DNA of 64,000 nt from Octopus sinensis. Taxonomy: Eukaryota. The translations under genes were made by a program, and so were the position numbers. Below are positions 14,881 through 29,090 of this stretch, in pieces (position 1 is the stretch's first letter; every line of letters starts with the position of its first letter). Below the pieces are notes generated by a model. It made no database searches and was not told the origin of the DNA. It was given only the letters and a program-made list of their open reading frames with translations. The stretch covers positions 34,968,001 through 35,032,000 of the forward strand of contig NC_043005.1 in the NCBI RefSeq assembly GCF_006345805.1, read 5' to 3'.

Positions 14881-16502
14881 TTTGGTTTGCGTCTAATGGA
14901 GCCGAATTGGGTAGTTAAAATTATGTGCTCGGTACATATGTGTATGTACGTTAATTTTGACTATAAAATATATATATAGCAGGGATTTGCTAGATCCTTG
15001 AACCCCCCACCCACATATATTTATAATTTTTGTGCAACTTTACCATTTACATCTATGTACATATACAGACATGCAACTAGGCTCAGAAATTGCCAGATTT
15101 AGTTGGCATGACGATGTATGTCTGCATTTAAAGGACTGTTTTATTTTCGACTTGTATCTCTTTTAGAAATATATAACTGACTTTTTTTTTCTTTTTTTTT
15201 TTTTTAAATCTTTTATTGCTAAAGTTTTCCATTCTAAAATAGTCTCTGAAAATATAACTGAATTCTGTTTTGAGTAACTCTACTTTGGTAATGACTTTAG
15301 TCTTACACCAACATACTCCTGGTCGAGCAGACATTTGATCAAAGGTTTCTTCTAGTGGTGGCCATCTCATTTTAATTAAAAACAGTCTGTCTGGGCCTCA
15401 ATTATCAAATGCGGCTTGTTTGAAGTCTGTGTAAAATTTGAGGGGAAATTTCACTTATTTCTAAAATGTTGAGAGTGACTAATTGGAGTGACGCATAGTA
15501 AACTAGAGAAAAAAAATCTCCCTGCTCTATCATGTTATAGAAAACAAAAATTATACTTTTACCTAAATCTAAAATATAGGTATGGGCACAGGTATGGCTG
15601 TCGAGTTGAGAAGTTTTTCTCAACTACATTGTTTCAGATTTACTCCACTGCATAGCATCATGGACAAGTGTTTCCTACTATAGCTCCAAATCCCTGCGAG
15701 TGACTTTGATAGACAGAAACTAAAAACAGCCGGTAGTATATATTTGTGTATGCATGCGTGTTTGTCTACAACTATCATCTGAAAACAAGGAGACAGTGAC
15801 ACGATCACCATCATACATGCAGTGTTGTTGGTTCCCAGTTTTCTGTGGTAATGTCTAGCCATAGGAAGATATTACCTTACTTGGAAAGAAGTGTTGGTGA
15901 CAGGAAGGGCATCTGGTCTTAGAAAATCTGTTTCTATTAATTTTGTTCAACCTGTGCAAGCTTAGAAAATGGGTGTTGAAAACAATACTAAATATCTGTA
16001 ACACTCCAGCAGTTAAAGGTTTGAAAAGATTTGTTGACTTAGGAAGTACCTCATTGTTATATCAGCTAATTCAGCTAAAGGGGACCTATGAGGGCAAGGC
16101 TACAGTATAATCTTCAGTAGGTCTGTTATGTTATCAAATGATAACATACTTAATTAAAATTCTCACTGCATTCAGTGCTTTGTCCTCAGGTTGGTGCTAA
16201 CAATGAGCCAAGATGTTAGAATTGCATCTGTAATCTTATGAAGAGGAAAAAGAATGGATTAATGGTCAATTCTGGTTAAGAAAAGTAGGGGAGATTATTC
16301 CTTAGTTTAGGCATGACAAGTATCCCATCTACAGGTGCAATAATTTAGTTGTACCCTGTGGACTTACCCTGGCTATCTTCATGACCAAGTCATGTCTATT
16401 TTAAATTGATTTTAGAGTAAGAAGATAGAATTGTTAGAGCATCAGATATTGTGCTTCACAGTATTTGTTCTGGCCCTTTACATGCTGAACTCAAATACCA
16501 TT

Positions 16503-16546
16503 GAGGTTAATTTCAGTTTCCATCGAGGTTAATTTCAGTTTCCATC
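16503..16546 (+). repeat. Perfect 22-bp tandem duplication inside a minus-strand SINE remnant
   Basis: GAGGTTAATTTCAGTTTCCATC x2 at 16503-16524 and 16525-16546. Confidence 0.9.
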
Positions 16547-19019
16547 ATTCTGGTATTCAAAATAGAATATATTATTGACTTGCTCCTTATCTTCAAAATT
16601 GCTCGCCTTATGCCTAAATTAGAAAGCTTTTTTAAAAATTTGTATTGAAGCTTTGATTGATGGTGTTTGTATTAATGTAAACTTATGTTAGTTCTAAGTG
16701 TGGTATACACACACACACACAGCTATCTGATGAGAAAAGGCAGAAGGAAGAAAACTAACACCCATCTGAGCTATCAATCTACCCCTTCCTGACATTCTTG
16801 TTTTTAATTTATCTTGTTCAAGAGAGGCAAACTGCAGTATGTTTCACTAAGGGAGTTACTTTTGTGATGTAGCTCCCTTAACTAAAGGGAACATTTTTTT
16901 CCTCTTATCTAAAAGCCATTAAAAATTCTTGTCTGGAATTTTGGGTGGATTTGGAACAAAGATTCTTGAATGAGTAGATTTCCTTTGATTCCCCAAATAC
17001 CATTATAGCTTTATCAGTCTTTAACACCTGGACCAACTTCAAAATTCCTTATTTAAATTCATTGGCATTTTGCCAAGTCATAACTTTTTATGAATTCTGT
17101 CAAAGGAATCTGGTAAGAAAATATGGTTTTCAAGGAGTGATAAGATTAGGGAAGTATTTATATTTTAAAGGTTTACTCAAACGTCTATGTAACAGCATAC
17201 CTGCTGTTCCTATCTAATTATTCAATTTAACTAATGCTCTGCAATGTAAATATCTGATATATTATTGATAAAGATAAAAATATTTTAAGTCAACATGCAC
17301 ACAAATTTAACTTTTGATATTGTAGACCCTTTTAAATTTGCTTTGGTTATTTTATATTTTCAATTTCATCTCTTTTTCAATAATATCGGTAATATTTTCT
17401 TTATAATTCCTCATGTAGTTGTAATTAAAATGTAATTTAAAGAAGAAAAATCATTGATTAGGAATGGAAAGTCGCAACTGCAAAGATTACTTTCTGTAAA
17501 TTTTTCTGAGTGCAACAAACATTTCATGTTCCCTCTCTGGTAGAGAGGAAGGGAATATACTACTTATATTATACTGTAAACCAGTCATGTGAATACTTGG
17601 GTTAAAATCTGTAGCTTTTCAAGTTTGCTCTTTGGAAAAATCCTTCCTGCAGCTCTCAAAACTATGTGCAAAGGTCTTGGCATCAATTTCTTTTAGTCAT
17701 ACAGCTTTGTTTCTGTTTGTTCCCAGAAGCAGATAACAAAAACACCCTCAGTACACGAAAGCTTGTTTTGATAAATTCTTTGAAGCAGTTCCAGACACTG
17801 CTTTCATCTGGACATGTTTCCACAAGTACTCTCATACTTGAACTGGCAACTGTGATTTAAGAATACAAGGCTCTGCAATTATGTTTGGTGTAGCATGATC
17901 CTCCAATGATAACTTTGAGGGTTTTGTATGAAGTTTGCTAATAGCAGTCTCATTTGATTTTTGGTGTAAACTGGCAGAAAATTACATTAAATCATGTTGG
18001 TTTCAAAGAATTTTTTTGCTGTTTGCATTTGTTCTACTTTATGCTTTAATCCCAATTTAATGTACAAAAGTAACACTTTAACTACTTAGGTACTATCATT
18101 GAAAAACCAAATTCATTTAGTTTAATGAGAATTGCGTTACTACCAAACAACTTTAAGTTCAGTGAAGGTCTCTTTTTTGATACTGACCTCTATGAAACCA
18201 TCCTTGGTTCTACATAAATTTTGTTTAGTGTTCTAAATTAAAACCTTTCAACATTTCCTGTTAACTTTAATTTCTCATTGAAACCTTAATACAAATTGTC
18301 ATTCACTCAAGCAACTTCTCAGCACGTGAACAGTGTGTACAATAAGATTATTACTATTATGGTAGCAAGCTAGTTGAATCATTACCACCTCAGACAAAAT
18401 GCTTTGCAGTATTTCTTCCATTCTGAGTTCAAATGCTACTGAGGTCAACTTTACTTTATCCTTTTGGGGTCAAAATACCAGTTGAACACTGGTGTCGATA
18501 TAATCACCTCCCTAAGTTTTCTGGCCTCAAGCAAGAACTTAGAACCATTAAGGGCAATGCAATAACAAAATCATTAACACATTGAACAAAATGCTTAGTG
18601 GCATCTCTTTCAGCTCTTTTCTTCTGAGTTCAAATCCTAACAGTCAATGTCACTGTTCATCCTTTCATAGTCAAAGCATATTTAAGTACTGGGATTGTTG
18701 TAATCAACTAGTCTTCTCCAAAATTGCTGTCCTTGTGCCAAAAATTTGAAGCCAATATTATTTTATATGGTATTTCTTACTTTCTTACTGGTACAACTAT
18801 AGCTGTAAATATCTTCCCAGATTTTGGGAGTGGTAATTGAATAAGTATAAAGGTGAATGTTTCACGATTTTCCTGTCACACATATTTTCTGGTTTATGAG
18901 AAGTTGACTCATGGACAGAGGATTAAACACTTCCAGCCTTTTGTGTATGTCTTTATTTTTGTATTATAATAATAATGAATCACAAAGGCAATGTGAACAA
19001 GACTTTAGAAATGTATTGC

Positions 19020-19410
19020 ACAGGCACGGCTGTGTGCTTAAACTCATTTTGCAATCGTGATTTGGGGTTCAGTTCTATTGCATGGCACCTTGGGCAAATT
19101 TCTATTATAGCCTTCTGATTGGAGTCTGGTTCACCAGACCTCAGTCAAATTGTCCAACCCATGCTAGCATGGAAAGCGGATGTTAAACGATGATAATGAT
19201 AGCTAATGTTTTGTGAGTGAATTTGGTAGATGAAACCATAGAAGTGTGTTTCTCCCCCATCACTGCTCAACAACTGATGTTTGTTTACATCCCCATAACT
19301 TAATGATTTGTCAGAAGAGACCACTAGAATAAGTACTGAAGTTTTGTTCCTTTAAACCCTTCCAGGTGGTACCCTAGCATGGCCAGTCATGATTGAAGAT
19401 ACATGTACTA
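19020..19410 (+). mobile_element. tRNA-derived SINE (family A) interrupted by an RTE-type 3' tail fragment
   Basis: Head GGCTGTGTG...GGTTCAG..GCATGGCACCTTGGGCAA and body shared with copies at 29091 and 55825. An RTE-like tail CCAACCCATGCTAGCATGGAAAGCGGATGTTAAACGATGATAATGAT lies at 19154-19200. Confidence 0.7.
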
Positions 19411-20074
19411 AAATCTAAATTTGTTTTTCTTTATTTCCATGTCTAAAGAATTTAAGATTAAAAAAGACGAACATTTTTGATGCTTTATGAAATAAGTATT
19501 TCATGTGTGTTTAGATGTGAGAAGTCATATTGAACCTGTACCAACACTTCAAATTCTGCTGAGGTTACTTTTAGTGTGTGTAAATTATTTCTAGATGGTG
19601 GAAACTGTGTGGAAGCCTTTTGAATGTTGGGCTCTGTTGACCTAGTTTTAAAGATATCCTGATGTGTTGCTTTCTACCATATCGAATTACCTTTCTGCCT
19701 CTACTGCCACTACTTTTCAAGACCCTGCAAAGAGATCACAGGCATTACTTTTACCTCTAGTCATAAAATATTGTACTCTAGTTTAGTTCTGTTTTAAGGG
19801 CTTTATTACATTTTTCTCATCAAAAGGAAAAACTGCAATATTTTTTGTATTTAGTACAATCTTTCATCATTAGAATTTGTTTATTCTAGCTCCTCTACTA
19901 TACATTATTTTTCAAATATTCACAAATGATTAATCATAATACTGCCCAGTGAACTACTCTAGTTCTATTATATTCTTTATTTTATGTCTGCCAATGTTAT
20001 AGTTTGTATGATATGCCATATTTCTTCTGTGTTTTCATAGAAATACTAATTTTTATAACCTTTTCTGTTTCCAG

Positions 20075-20173
20075 GATTTCGCACTTGGGATGTGGAAGCC
20101 GCTGGAGTAGACATAAACGAGGAAGTCTCTCAGATTGCCAACAAAGGTGCTTTGGGTGAAGAAGGTCCTTATG
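20075..20173 (+). CDS. futsch: Internal coding exon of MAP1B/futsch homolog (99 nt, phase 1-1): (G)FRTWDVEAAGVDINEEVSQIANKGALGEEGPY(G)
   Basis: Acceptor ttttctgtttccAG (AG 20073-74) and donor GTTAGT at 20174. Open frame splices in phase to 30038 (TAT G|GT GAA). The peptide matches, from recall, the futsch N-terminal GFLSWDV..VDLEEEL..I...A.EGEE..HGER segment. Not in the supplied ORF track. Confidence 0.9.
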
Positions 20174-21060
20174 GTTAGTATCAAGAATTTAATTCTTTGG
20201 CTTTATGAAGGATGAATTCTTTTTTTGTTGCTAGTTTTTGGTTTGTTTACAATAGAATTTAATGGAAATCACAATTAACTGTTGTCAACTCATTTTGAGA
20301 TATACTAACTTTTATATTACTAAAAGCAAGTTGGTCTTTCTCACTGCACTCTTGTTTTAATTCAATAGCATTTAAAAACTAGACATTTTAATATCAAAAC
20401 TAATCAGTTTGATAGCTTTTCTCATTGGTTTTTTTTCCTTTTTTTAATTTCTAATGAAAATTTCTTATATTCAAAAGCATTCTGTTATTTGCTTTTTATG
20501 TCTTTTTAGACTTGATTTAAACTTAGCTTGGTGCTAAAACTTTCCTTACCAAATTTCTAATGGAATGCATTGGCTGTGTTCAATTAACTTTGGAAACAAT
20601 CAAAATTTTATAAGGATTTAGTAAAATAGCTGTATTTAAGTCACTTGTCAAGTTATATTTCTAAAACAGTTTAAATAAAGCTATGACTGGAGATTTTCAT
20701 TAAAATATCTTATAAAATTAGTTTTGTATGGTAGGACCAAAGGTGATCTCAGATTGGTTGGCATTGACACCACAATATTAAGTTTATAAAGGTGTGGTGT
20801 ATATGTTTTACACAAGGATATACTGATATATAAAACTAGTTACCTCTCTTTAGAATTACTAGAATAACCAAGATAGCATTGGCTATAAATGTTTAGTCAT
20901 CAGTACGTATTTAGTCTTGTTCCAAGCTCACGCACAATCAATATCTTACCATTGTTTAATTTTACAGCAAGACTAAATGCATACAAATATGATTCCAATC
21001 TTAGAACAAGCTTGTTCTATTTAAATTTGCTGAATCCTACAGCCTTTTCCAACTTTTGAA

Positions 21061-21100
<40 letters not shown>

Positions 21101-22379
21101 TTGAGGTATGATGGCTATGAGGTGAAGTTACCAGGTGATTGACCAAGTATAAATTTGAATCTTGGCTGTTATTTTGGACCATTTTGAGCAAGGTACCTAA
21201 CTCTGTCTACTACAGATTCACTTGATTGAATGGTAGAACTTGCTCCATGGAATGAGCATCTTGCTGTAAAACATGAAGCAAAATGAATGTAATAAAATTC
21301 CCCCTTTTTTCTATTCTTCGTTTCTTTCTCTAAGACTATTTGTACAAATATCCAGATTTTCAAACTCTTTAACTCTGATACATTAAAAAAAAAAGACTTA
21401 AAATATAAAAAATTACATAAGATAGTCAGAACCATAACACACTAAGTAATTGAAATGTGTTGTTGGTGCCATTCTAATAGATTTACTAATAATTTATCCA
21501 TCTTTTAGGCATAGAGATTCCAATGGAGACAATTTAGCTCAGAGGATTATCTTAATATAATGGAATCAATTTCAAGTTTACAGATTTTTGACTATCTTCA
21601 TAAAACTACTCAATTTGTTAAAATGCTTTGCAGAGAATTACCTAAATATAATGAAACTTACTTGGAGTTTAACAATTTTTGAGCATCTTTATAAACTACT
21701 CAGTTTAATACTAAAATGCTTATCTAAACCCTTATTGACATGTAAACTCTTGCTGACATGGTACCTTTCTCAAGATTGGTTGCTATTTTCAAAATGTAAT
21801 CCAACTATGCTCTAAGAAAAACAAGTAGAATATTTTTTTGTTTTCCTTCCTTAACAGTCAACTCTTTTGGACCCCCCAATGCAGGTAAGCTTAGTCAGAT
21901 ACTTACTGTATTTTGCATGCTGCCAGTAGGTCTTAATTCATCTTTTCACCCCTCTGTTAAATGTGTCACTTTTCTCTCCCATATTCCATAGTTGATTTAG
22001 ATCTGTCTTTGACTCTTTCTCTTCCCACCAATACCTGTCAGCATTGCAAGACATCAGAAACAAGCTGATACTTGCATACTGACATACAAACAAACACAAG
22101 GCTGTTGAAATTTACTTTTAATTTTGGTTCATTCCTCCTTTGGATTTAAGACATAAAGTCTTAGACTTTATCATTGGTTACTTGAAATCATTGATACTTC
22201 TCACTGACAGTGTCTTTTTATTCTGGCAGCAAAATAAAACTTCTCAATCTGCAAAACCTATTAGCTAAAGAAGCACTAAAGTGGATTAATATTATAACCA
22301 GACATGTGATTTAAGTGACTAGAAAGACCCAGTTTTTACTAATGATACATTGATGCTAATAATAATTCTTTCTACTATA

Positions 22380-22575
22380 AGCACCAGAGCCTGAAATGGG
22401 TGGGGAAGTCAATTACATCAACTTCAGTGCTCAACTGGTACTTATTTTATCAACTCCAAAAGAATGAACGGTCAAGTTGACATCAGCAGTATTTGAACTC
22501 AGTGTGTAAAGCCAAAAGAAATACTGCTAAGCATTTTGTCCAGTGTACTTACAATTCTGCCAGCTCACCACCCTA
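22380..22575 (+). mobile_element. SINE family B copy (CAGTGCTCAACTGGTACTTATTTTATC...ATTTGAACTCAG...AAGCATTTTG...ATTCTGCCAGCTC)
   Basis: Same motif series recurs at ~18360-18740 (-), 24710-24915 (-), 28950-29650, 38830-39010, 39290-39500 (-), 51430-51640, 52660-52860 and 63670-63860. GAGTTCAAAT B-box-like motif on the opposite strand. Confidence 0.75.
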
Positions 22576-24299
22576 ACAGGGATTAGAAATTTGAATTTCA
22601 AATTAAGGGATTATAAGAGAAAAGTTGCATAGAATTCTTTTTTTTTTTTAATTACAAAGTTCTTAAAATTTCTAGTAGGTGGTAATCATATGGCATTATT
22701 TCATTATTTTTCAAAATTATCAGCATGACATGACTTGTGGCTTATTATTCATTTAATGAAATGAGGCATTTCATTAAAGAGGGGAAATAATTACAATCTG
22801 GAGAAAATTCATCCAATGTTCCTTCCTCACCCCCATCTCCCTTCATAGTGTTAGTAGTTTAGGAATCTGGGGAAAATTTTCAGAAACATATTTAACATGC
22901 ATAATCACATAGTAACTAAACAACTAAACACATGAAGTGATATGACCAATGACTGGATAGCTGAGGACTTGCTAGAATTTAGCTAAGTTCAGTTACTTCC
23001 AAGACATTAATACTAAAAGAGAAAGTGTGCTGCTGCTATACAATCTAAGAACATTGATTCTGCTTCCAGCAAGGTGGAGTATTATGCCACCATAATGTCT
23101 TGTTATATGACTAGAAAAACCAAAATATATCCTCATTTCAAACCTTTCTCTCTCCCTCCCCAAACTACAGTTAGGCTTTCTTGTTTTCTACAGTCTTTAC
23201 CTAATTCTGTTTACCATTTCTCAAACTCATAATTATATATGCTTCTGTCAATAATTCCATCACAGTTGCTGCCCGCTTTGCCTCCATTTTCACTTTGCGC
23301 GATAAACACCTGAAAATTCCTCCCATATTCACTTTTCTCAAGGCCCTACCTGCTGGGCTATCTTGCACACAGTTTCTGTGGTAACACCTCTAACCATGTG
23401 TCTAGTTGAGTAACCAATCTTACTGCATTCCTTTCTTGGATAAACACTTCATTTATTATTTCTCTAGCTATATAACTCAAGATCTACTGCTATCACTGTT
23501 GTCCATCAACTTCCCACAAATGCTGTATTTCAATGATATATGCTCATAAATGATACCTCCTTTATCATTCTTGTTGAGCAAATGTATTGGGTATTTTTTA
23601 TTTGCAATCACATTTGTGATTTCTCATTAACTACTTCAGAAAAAAACTGTTGTGGTTTTTGTTTTATATCAACAAACCTATTTGCTGCATAGCACAAGAA
23701 TCTACTAGAAAAGTAGCCTTTCGACTCCTCTCTCCTGCTTTCCTTTGTGGCAGTTTCCTCTTCATCCACATTCCATTAACTCTGATATTCCTCAATTCAG
23801 TCATGTCACTCACATTCTTCATCTACTAAATACTAGCTATTAATTTCATTCTGGTAGAGGTATCCTTTGCTCCTTGGCCTTTCATATATAGGTTTCATCC
23901 ATACACTTGCATTACTTTCACAAACAGCTTCAAAATATCCTCGTGTGTGTGTGTGTACATACACACTTTATTGGCCACACATGTGCAATGTATGCATTTT
24001 GTTTGTTCACTGATTTACTGCAAGTCATACATAGACAAATGCAACAACTTGTCTCCAATCCCATTCCAATGGGAATGGAATCTATGATATTGTGTATGTG
24101 GTCAGTAATGTTTACAACACAAGCGCTGCTAGTGTTGTAATATATTGAATGTGTGTGTGTACACATGCTTGCTTTCAACAGTCATGATATACATCAAGGA
24201 AAACATCTCTAAAAAACAGCCTACCTTGAAGTTGCTACAAATGTATATCTTTCACGTTGATCATATGTTTGATAACGATGCTATGATGGCTTCTGAAAG

Positions 24300-24480
24300 A
24301 CTAGGTCTTTCTTTTTAAGCCCACAAATTCTGCTCAAACATCTGCTGACCCTTTACAAAGCACAAATGTACCACATATTGGAGTAATGGTCTGAGTGAAG
24401 GTGGGAGGTAACATCTACTATACACAAAGCTTCTGGAAATCGCTTAAAAGATGCTATTCCTTTGTACACTTCGTACAGTC
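24300..24480 (+). mobile_element. Short decayed LINE ORF2 fragment (Jockey/CR1 group)
   Basis: Translation LSPQILLKHLLTLYKAQMYHILE* resembles the post-RT LLTLYKAQ.RP.LEY motif; stops present. Confidence 0.35.
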
Positions 24481-27400
24481 CTCACACTCATTTCAGGAGT
24501 TTGCATACAACCATAGTGAAATTATTAACCCTTTGTTATATTTCTGAAATACACTGCTGCCTTTGTTTTAATCAATTGAGAGTAATGAAGAATTTGGTTA
24601 AATAACATCATTATTGAACTGATGTTTGGAACAACTAATTAACATGAAATTGTAATGAAAGATTTTAATTTAAATCACTTTAAAATAGGAAGTTTGTATT
24701 ATAGAATCTTGTGGTCTTAAGTTAGTATCAAAAGGGTTAAATTGTGAAACAAAAGTACTTTAGTTTTAGCCACCTGCCATCTGAGTTCAAATACTGTTGA
24801 AGTCCTGTTTCCATTTCTCTTGGGTTGAAAAAAAATATAGTACTGGTAAAGTACTGGGGTAAGTTTATTATACCCACCCCAGTTTGGTGACCTTGTGCCA
24901 TTGTTGGAAATCAATTTGCCACTAATGATGCTGTACCTCCAAACTAGCTAGCATCTTACAATCCCTTTTAGTTTTTATTGTCTCATTACCAAAATCTAGT
25001 ACCCATTTCTTTATCAAATCTTCTCTCCTCAACACATGTTCCTTTTGATTCCATTAATCCTTACAGGCATCGACCTGCAGAAAATGGAGTTGAATATTGA
25101 TTAGTAGATACTAAAATAAGATTAAATTGAAGAGTAATTTGAAAATTAATTCAGAGAACTGCTGCACTCTGTTTACAATAAACGGAGGAAGGAGCTTTTA
25201 CTCCTCATCAGATACAAATATATTATAAGAACTACCATAGTGTTACAGTAGAGGTTTGATCCATAGGAGAATCAGTAATGATATAAAAATTTTAATCTAT
25301 ATTGAAAGAAACCATTCTGGTTGACAAAAGTACTAAACATTCATCTGCATTTACAATTGCATTAGCCTGTTTGGTACTGAGATATCATCTTGGTCGCTTT
25401 ATATTTAAACTCTTAGTTACTGGCAAAAATATATTGTGGCCAGGTAGCTCAACGTGTACACATTTTCAGTCATCTCAGTAAAAGTGAATAGATGTGTTCT
25501 TGAAGAAAACTTTTCCAAAACATTGTGTGTGTGTGTGTATACTCACACTATATTTACTTATGTATCAGTAAACCCCCAGGTTTTGCAGTTAAAAATCAAA
25601 TATAAAATAGTGTGAATTTTATAACTTCCACTTTTCTTTGTATGGGTCAGATGGAGTTTGAGCTAGATTTTTTATGGCCAGATACCCTTCCTGTCACCAG
25701 CCTTCAGATGTTTCCAAGCAAGATAATATCACTGCATCACCAAACATGTTTTTGTGGAAATGAATGACAGTGACAAGTCTTTTTCAACCATTATATGATG
25801 TGAAGATAAGGAGACACGAGCCTCTTTCAGTTTTCGTCAACCAAATCCACTCTTGGCTTTGATTGGCCTTAGGGCTATTGTAGACACTTACCTAAGATCA
25901 CATAGGGGGATTGAACCTGAAACTACATGGTTTGGAAGCAGCTATCTCAACCAAATAGCCATGTTTGTGCCTATAACCATAGTGAGCTAATCTAAATCAG
26001 TATCAAAAAGCATAAAATGCCTTGTTTGAAATATATCAACTTTTTTAAAGGTGCCATATTGTATCAAAAATGAAATATTCATGTAATAATATATCCTGAA
26101 ATTTAGTTTGTTGTATGTTGAAGACAATGGATAAAGTCTCATATTCTGGAACATTCCCCTTTTCTTATCTCTTCTTTGATTCTTATTCTATTTTAAAAGA
26201 TAAATTCTTTTAAGTTTATTCCTCTGTTGTAAATCTGATCTTTCTGTAATTAAATGAACTCAGTTTTTTCAGTTCCTCAAAAGTTCAATTACTGCTTTCA
26301 AATTTGGTTTTGCTTCCATTGTACCCTATTATTTGTCCTCTTTTAAAAACAAAAAAGCCACAAATTTCTACAGCCATGTATCTATTAGTCTGGTGCGTTT
26401 TGTGTATATGTTGTGCATCTTTCAAATGGTTGCTATAGAAATTCGCATCAGATTTAGGAGAAAAAAACAAACAAAAAATGAAAGGTAATTATGTGAATAA
26501 ATCTGATTTTTGTGGAAATCTGTTTAGATCCTAAACCTGGACTTTGACATGTGGGTTTTCAATTTAATTTTTTTTTTTTATCAGCTACAGATTTCCTTAA
26601 ACTGTGTTCATGTAAGAAATGTCAGTGCATCAACAACTAGGGTTAGAAGGAAAAATCATGTTTGGTTGTTCATATTTTAAATTTTACATGCCTGTCACTG
26701 TTCTATTGTATTTTAACATCTCATCCCCTGGCATAAAGCTACTTGCAAAGTTACTTGGTGATCTTGCTAATGCCAGTGCCACATGAAAAGTAACTGGTAT
26801 ACTCTATGGTTAGCAAAACAGACTTTGGAGTTTGCAGTTCTCTGGCTTGCAAGCTCCTATCAAATTATCCAGCATACAGACAATAAATGATCATGGTGAT
26901 GGTTGGCATAGAGAAAGAACCTTGTTTATCTACAAAGTTAAATTCTAAGACAAAGTACCAGGGGAAATGTTCAAGCAGGCTCCATCTTGCATAATAAAAC
27001 AAATGCCAACCTATTATTCAGACAACATCAAAAGTCAAAAAGAATTATACAGCAGGAAAAGGAGTCAGTTTTGATTCATTTTCAGCAAGTTGGAGATGAT
27101 TCTGATCATCCTCAATCATAGACTTCACCATATTCCCTGAAATACTGAAAAGAAAATCAATTAAATTTGCAATAATATATATACTTGTCATCAAAGCAAC
27201 ATAGGAATGTTGAAAGAGCATATTTTTCTAATACTAAAATCTAACTGTACAAAGAGATGTAATGCAGAGTTGAACTGGGGAAATGGGAGATCCTGGCTGG
27301 TCATGATGAATGTAATTCAACTTCTGTACTTAACAACTTTGTCACCCAAGAAAGGTTCCTTATTTTACCCCCCACCCCACCCCTTCCATGTTATTTTTTT

Positions 27401-29090
27401 ACTAATGATAGGCTCTCACCTTCAGGAGTTTAGAACATTTGCATGCTATTCAACAATTTATCAGTCATTCAGTTTTTACATCCCTATCATTGTCATCATT
27501 CAGTCTCATGGAATCTTACTGCTTGATTTTTTTACTCTTCTACAATTATTGGTACCTTGTTCAACCTTTGTCATGCAGTTCTGAAAGTGAACATTAATTG
27601 GCTCATGATTGTAATATATGTGACTAGATTAGAAGAGTGCTAAAAGGCCTTAATTAGAGAACAATATAAAAGCTAGTAAGTGGCATCACAAATTTTGAGT
27701 TAACTAAATTATCAAGTAACATTGGTTGGCTCAGTTTGAGCTGACTTAACTCCTCTCATTTACATATAAACTATAATTCTAAGACGGTTTGACAGGAGCT
27801 TGTTGAGCCAGAGGATTGTGCCATGTTTCACTGACCCCCTTGACTGAAGATGAGACTAATATTGAGTATATGTATTGAATAGAATTTCATTTTGATTATC
27901 ATTCTGGGTGAGATTAAAGCAGTTTTTATCTTGGTGTGAGTTGAACTGTAAAAAAAAAAAAATTTCTCTACGAAAATTATTGTATCAATTAGATTCAAAG
28001 AAAGGGTGTGTGGTCCTCATTTTAAGGACTTAAGTTTAATGAATTACCTAATAGTCTATAAAGTACCATAAAGGAGTTATTCTTGATAATGTGAAGCACA
28101 TTAGCTGAGAATTAGTCTTACAGTACTGTGTTTAGATTCCAAACCACATTCGTATTGACTTTAGCTTTCTATGGGCATACATAACTGTGGAATTAAAAAA
28201 GTTATCCATGAGGATAACTTCCTGCCACCAGTCTTGAAATCTTGGATACTGTTATTATTCTTGATGCCATTTAAAAAAAAGTATCAACAAATCACTATTG
28301 ATTCAGAACAAATGACTTTAAACCTCATCAAGAAATCAACATTTAGGTATTCCTTGTTTCATTCTATTCGCTTGCTTTTCTCTCTCTTATTATCGGTGTC
28401 ATTTTCATTGTTATTATTGCCATCATACTCATTTCCAAGCTACCAATATTACAAATTTTTATATTTTAAAATAATTGTCTCTCTATTAAACATTGTCATT
28501 GTTTTAAAATTGTTGTCATGATTATTCCAAGTGAGTTGTTTTGCTTATTTGATGTCATTATTTTTCTGAAATGATTTTTTTCATATCAGCAATTACTTTT
28601 CATATAGGAGTTAAAATGTTTATAGTTGTGGTATAGCCCAGTTGAGCCCTGGTAGAAAGTAGAACTTATTAAGGCAGGTACATAGGTAGTCATTTAGACA
28701 ACTAAGAGTGATCCTACTTTTCAAAATTAATCAGCTGCTTCATAATGATTCAATAGGTTTTATAGTACTGTTCTTTGGAATATGAACATAATTTGTTGAA
28801 ATTTTGCCTGTAATATGACCATATTCTGACAATGCACTTACAAAGATATGTTGATTAAATTTTCTATCGTCATCATCATTTAATGTCCGTTTTCCATGTT
28901 GGCATGGGTTGGACGGTTCAACATTGACTAAGAATTATTTCTTCTAAATTTAACCTAAGGTCAGCAATTTTGAGTGAGGGGTGTCAATTACATCAACCCT
29001 AGTACATGTACTTCATTTTATTTACCCTGAAAGTCCAGGTTGGCCTTGGCAGAATTCGATCTCAATGTAAAATCAGAAGAAACATCACTC

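Noticed and set aside
25191-25211. Minus-strand CTGATGA followed by a GGAG/CTCC stem (half hammerhead)
   Set aside because: No GAAA, stem III or cleavage triplet follows; at best a remnant.
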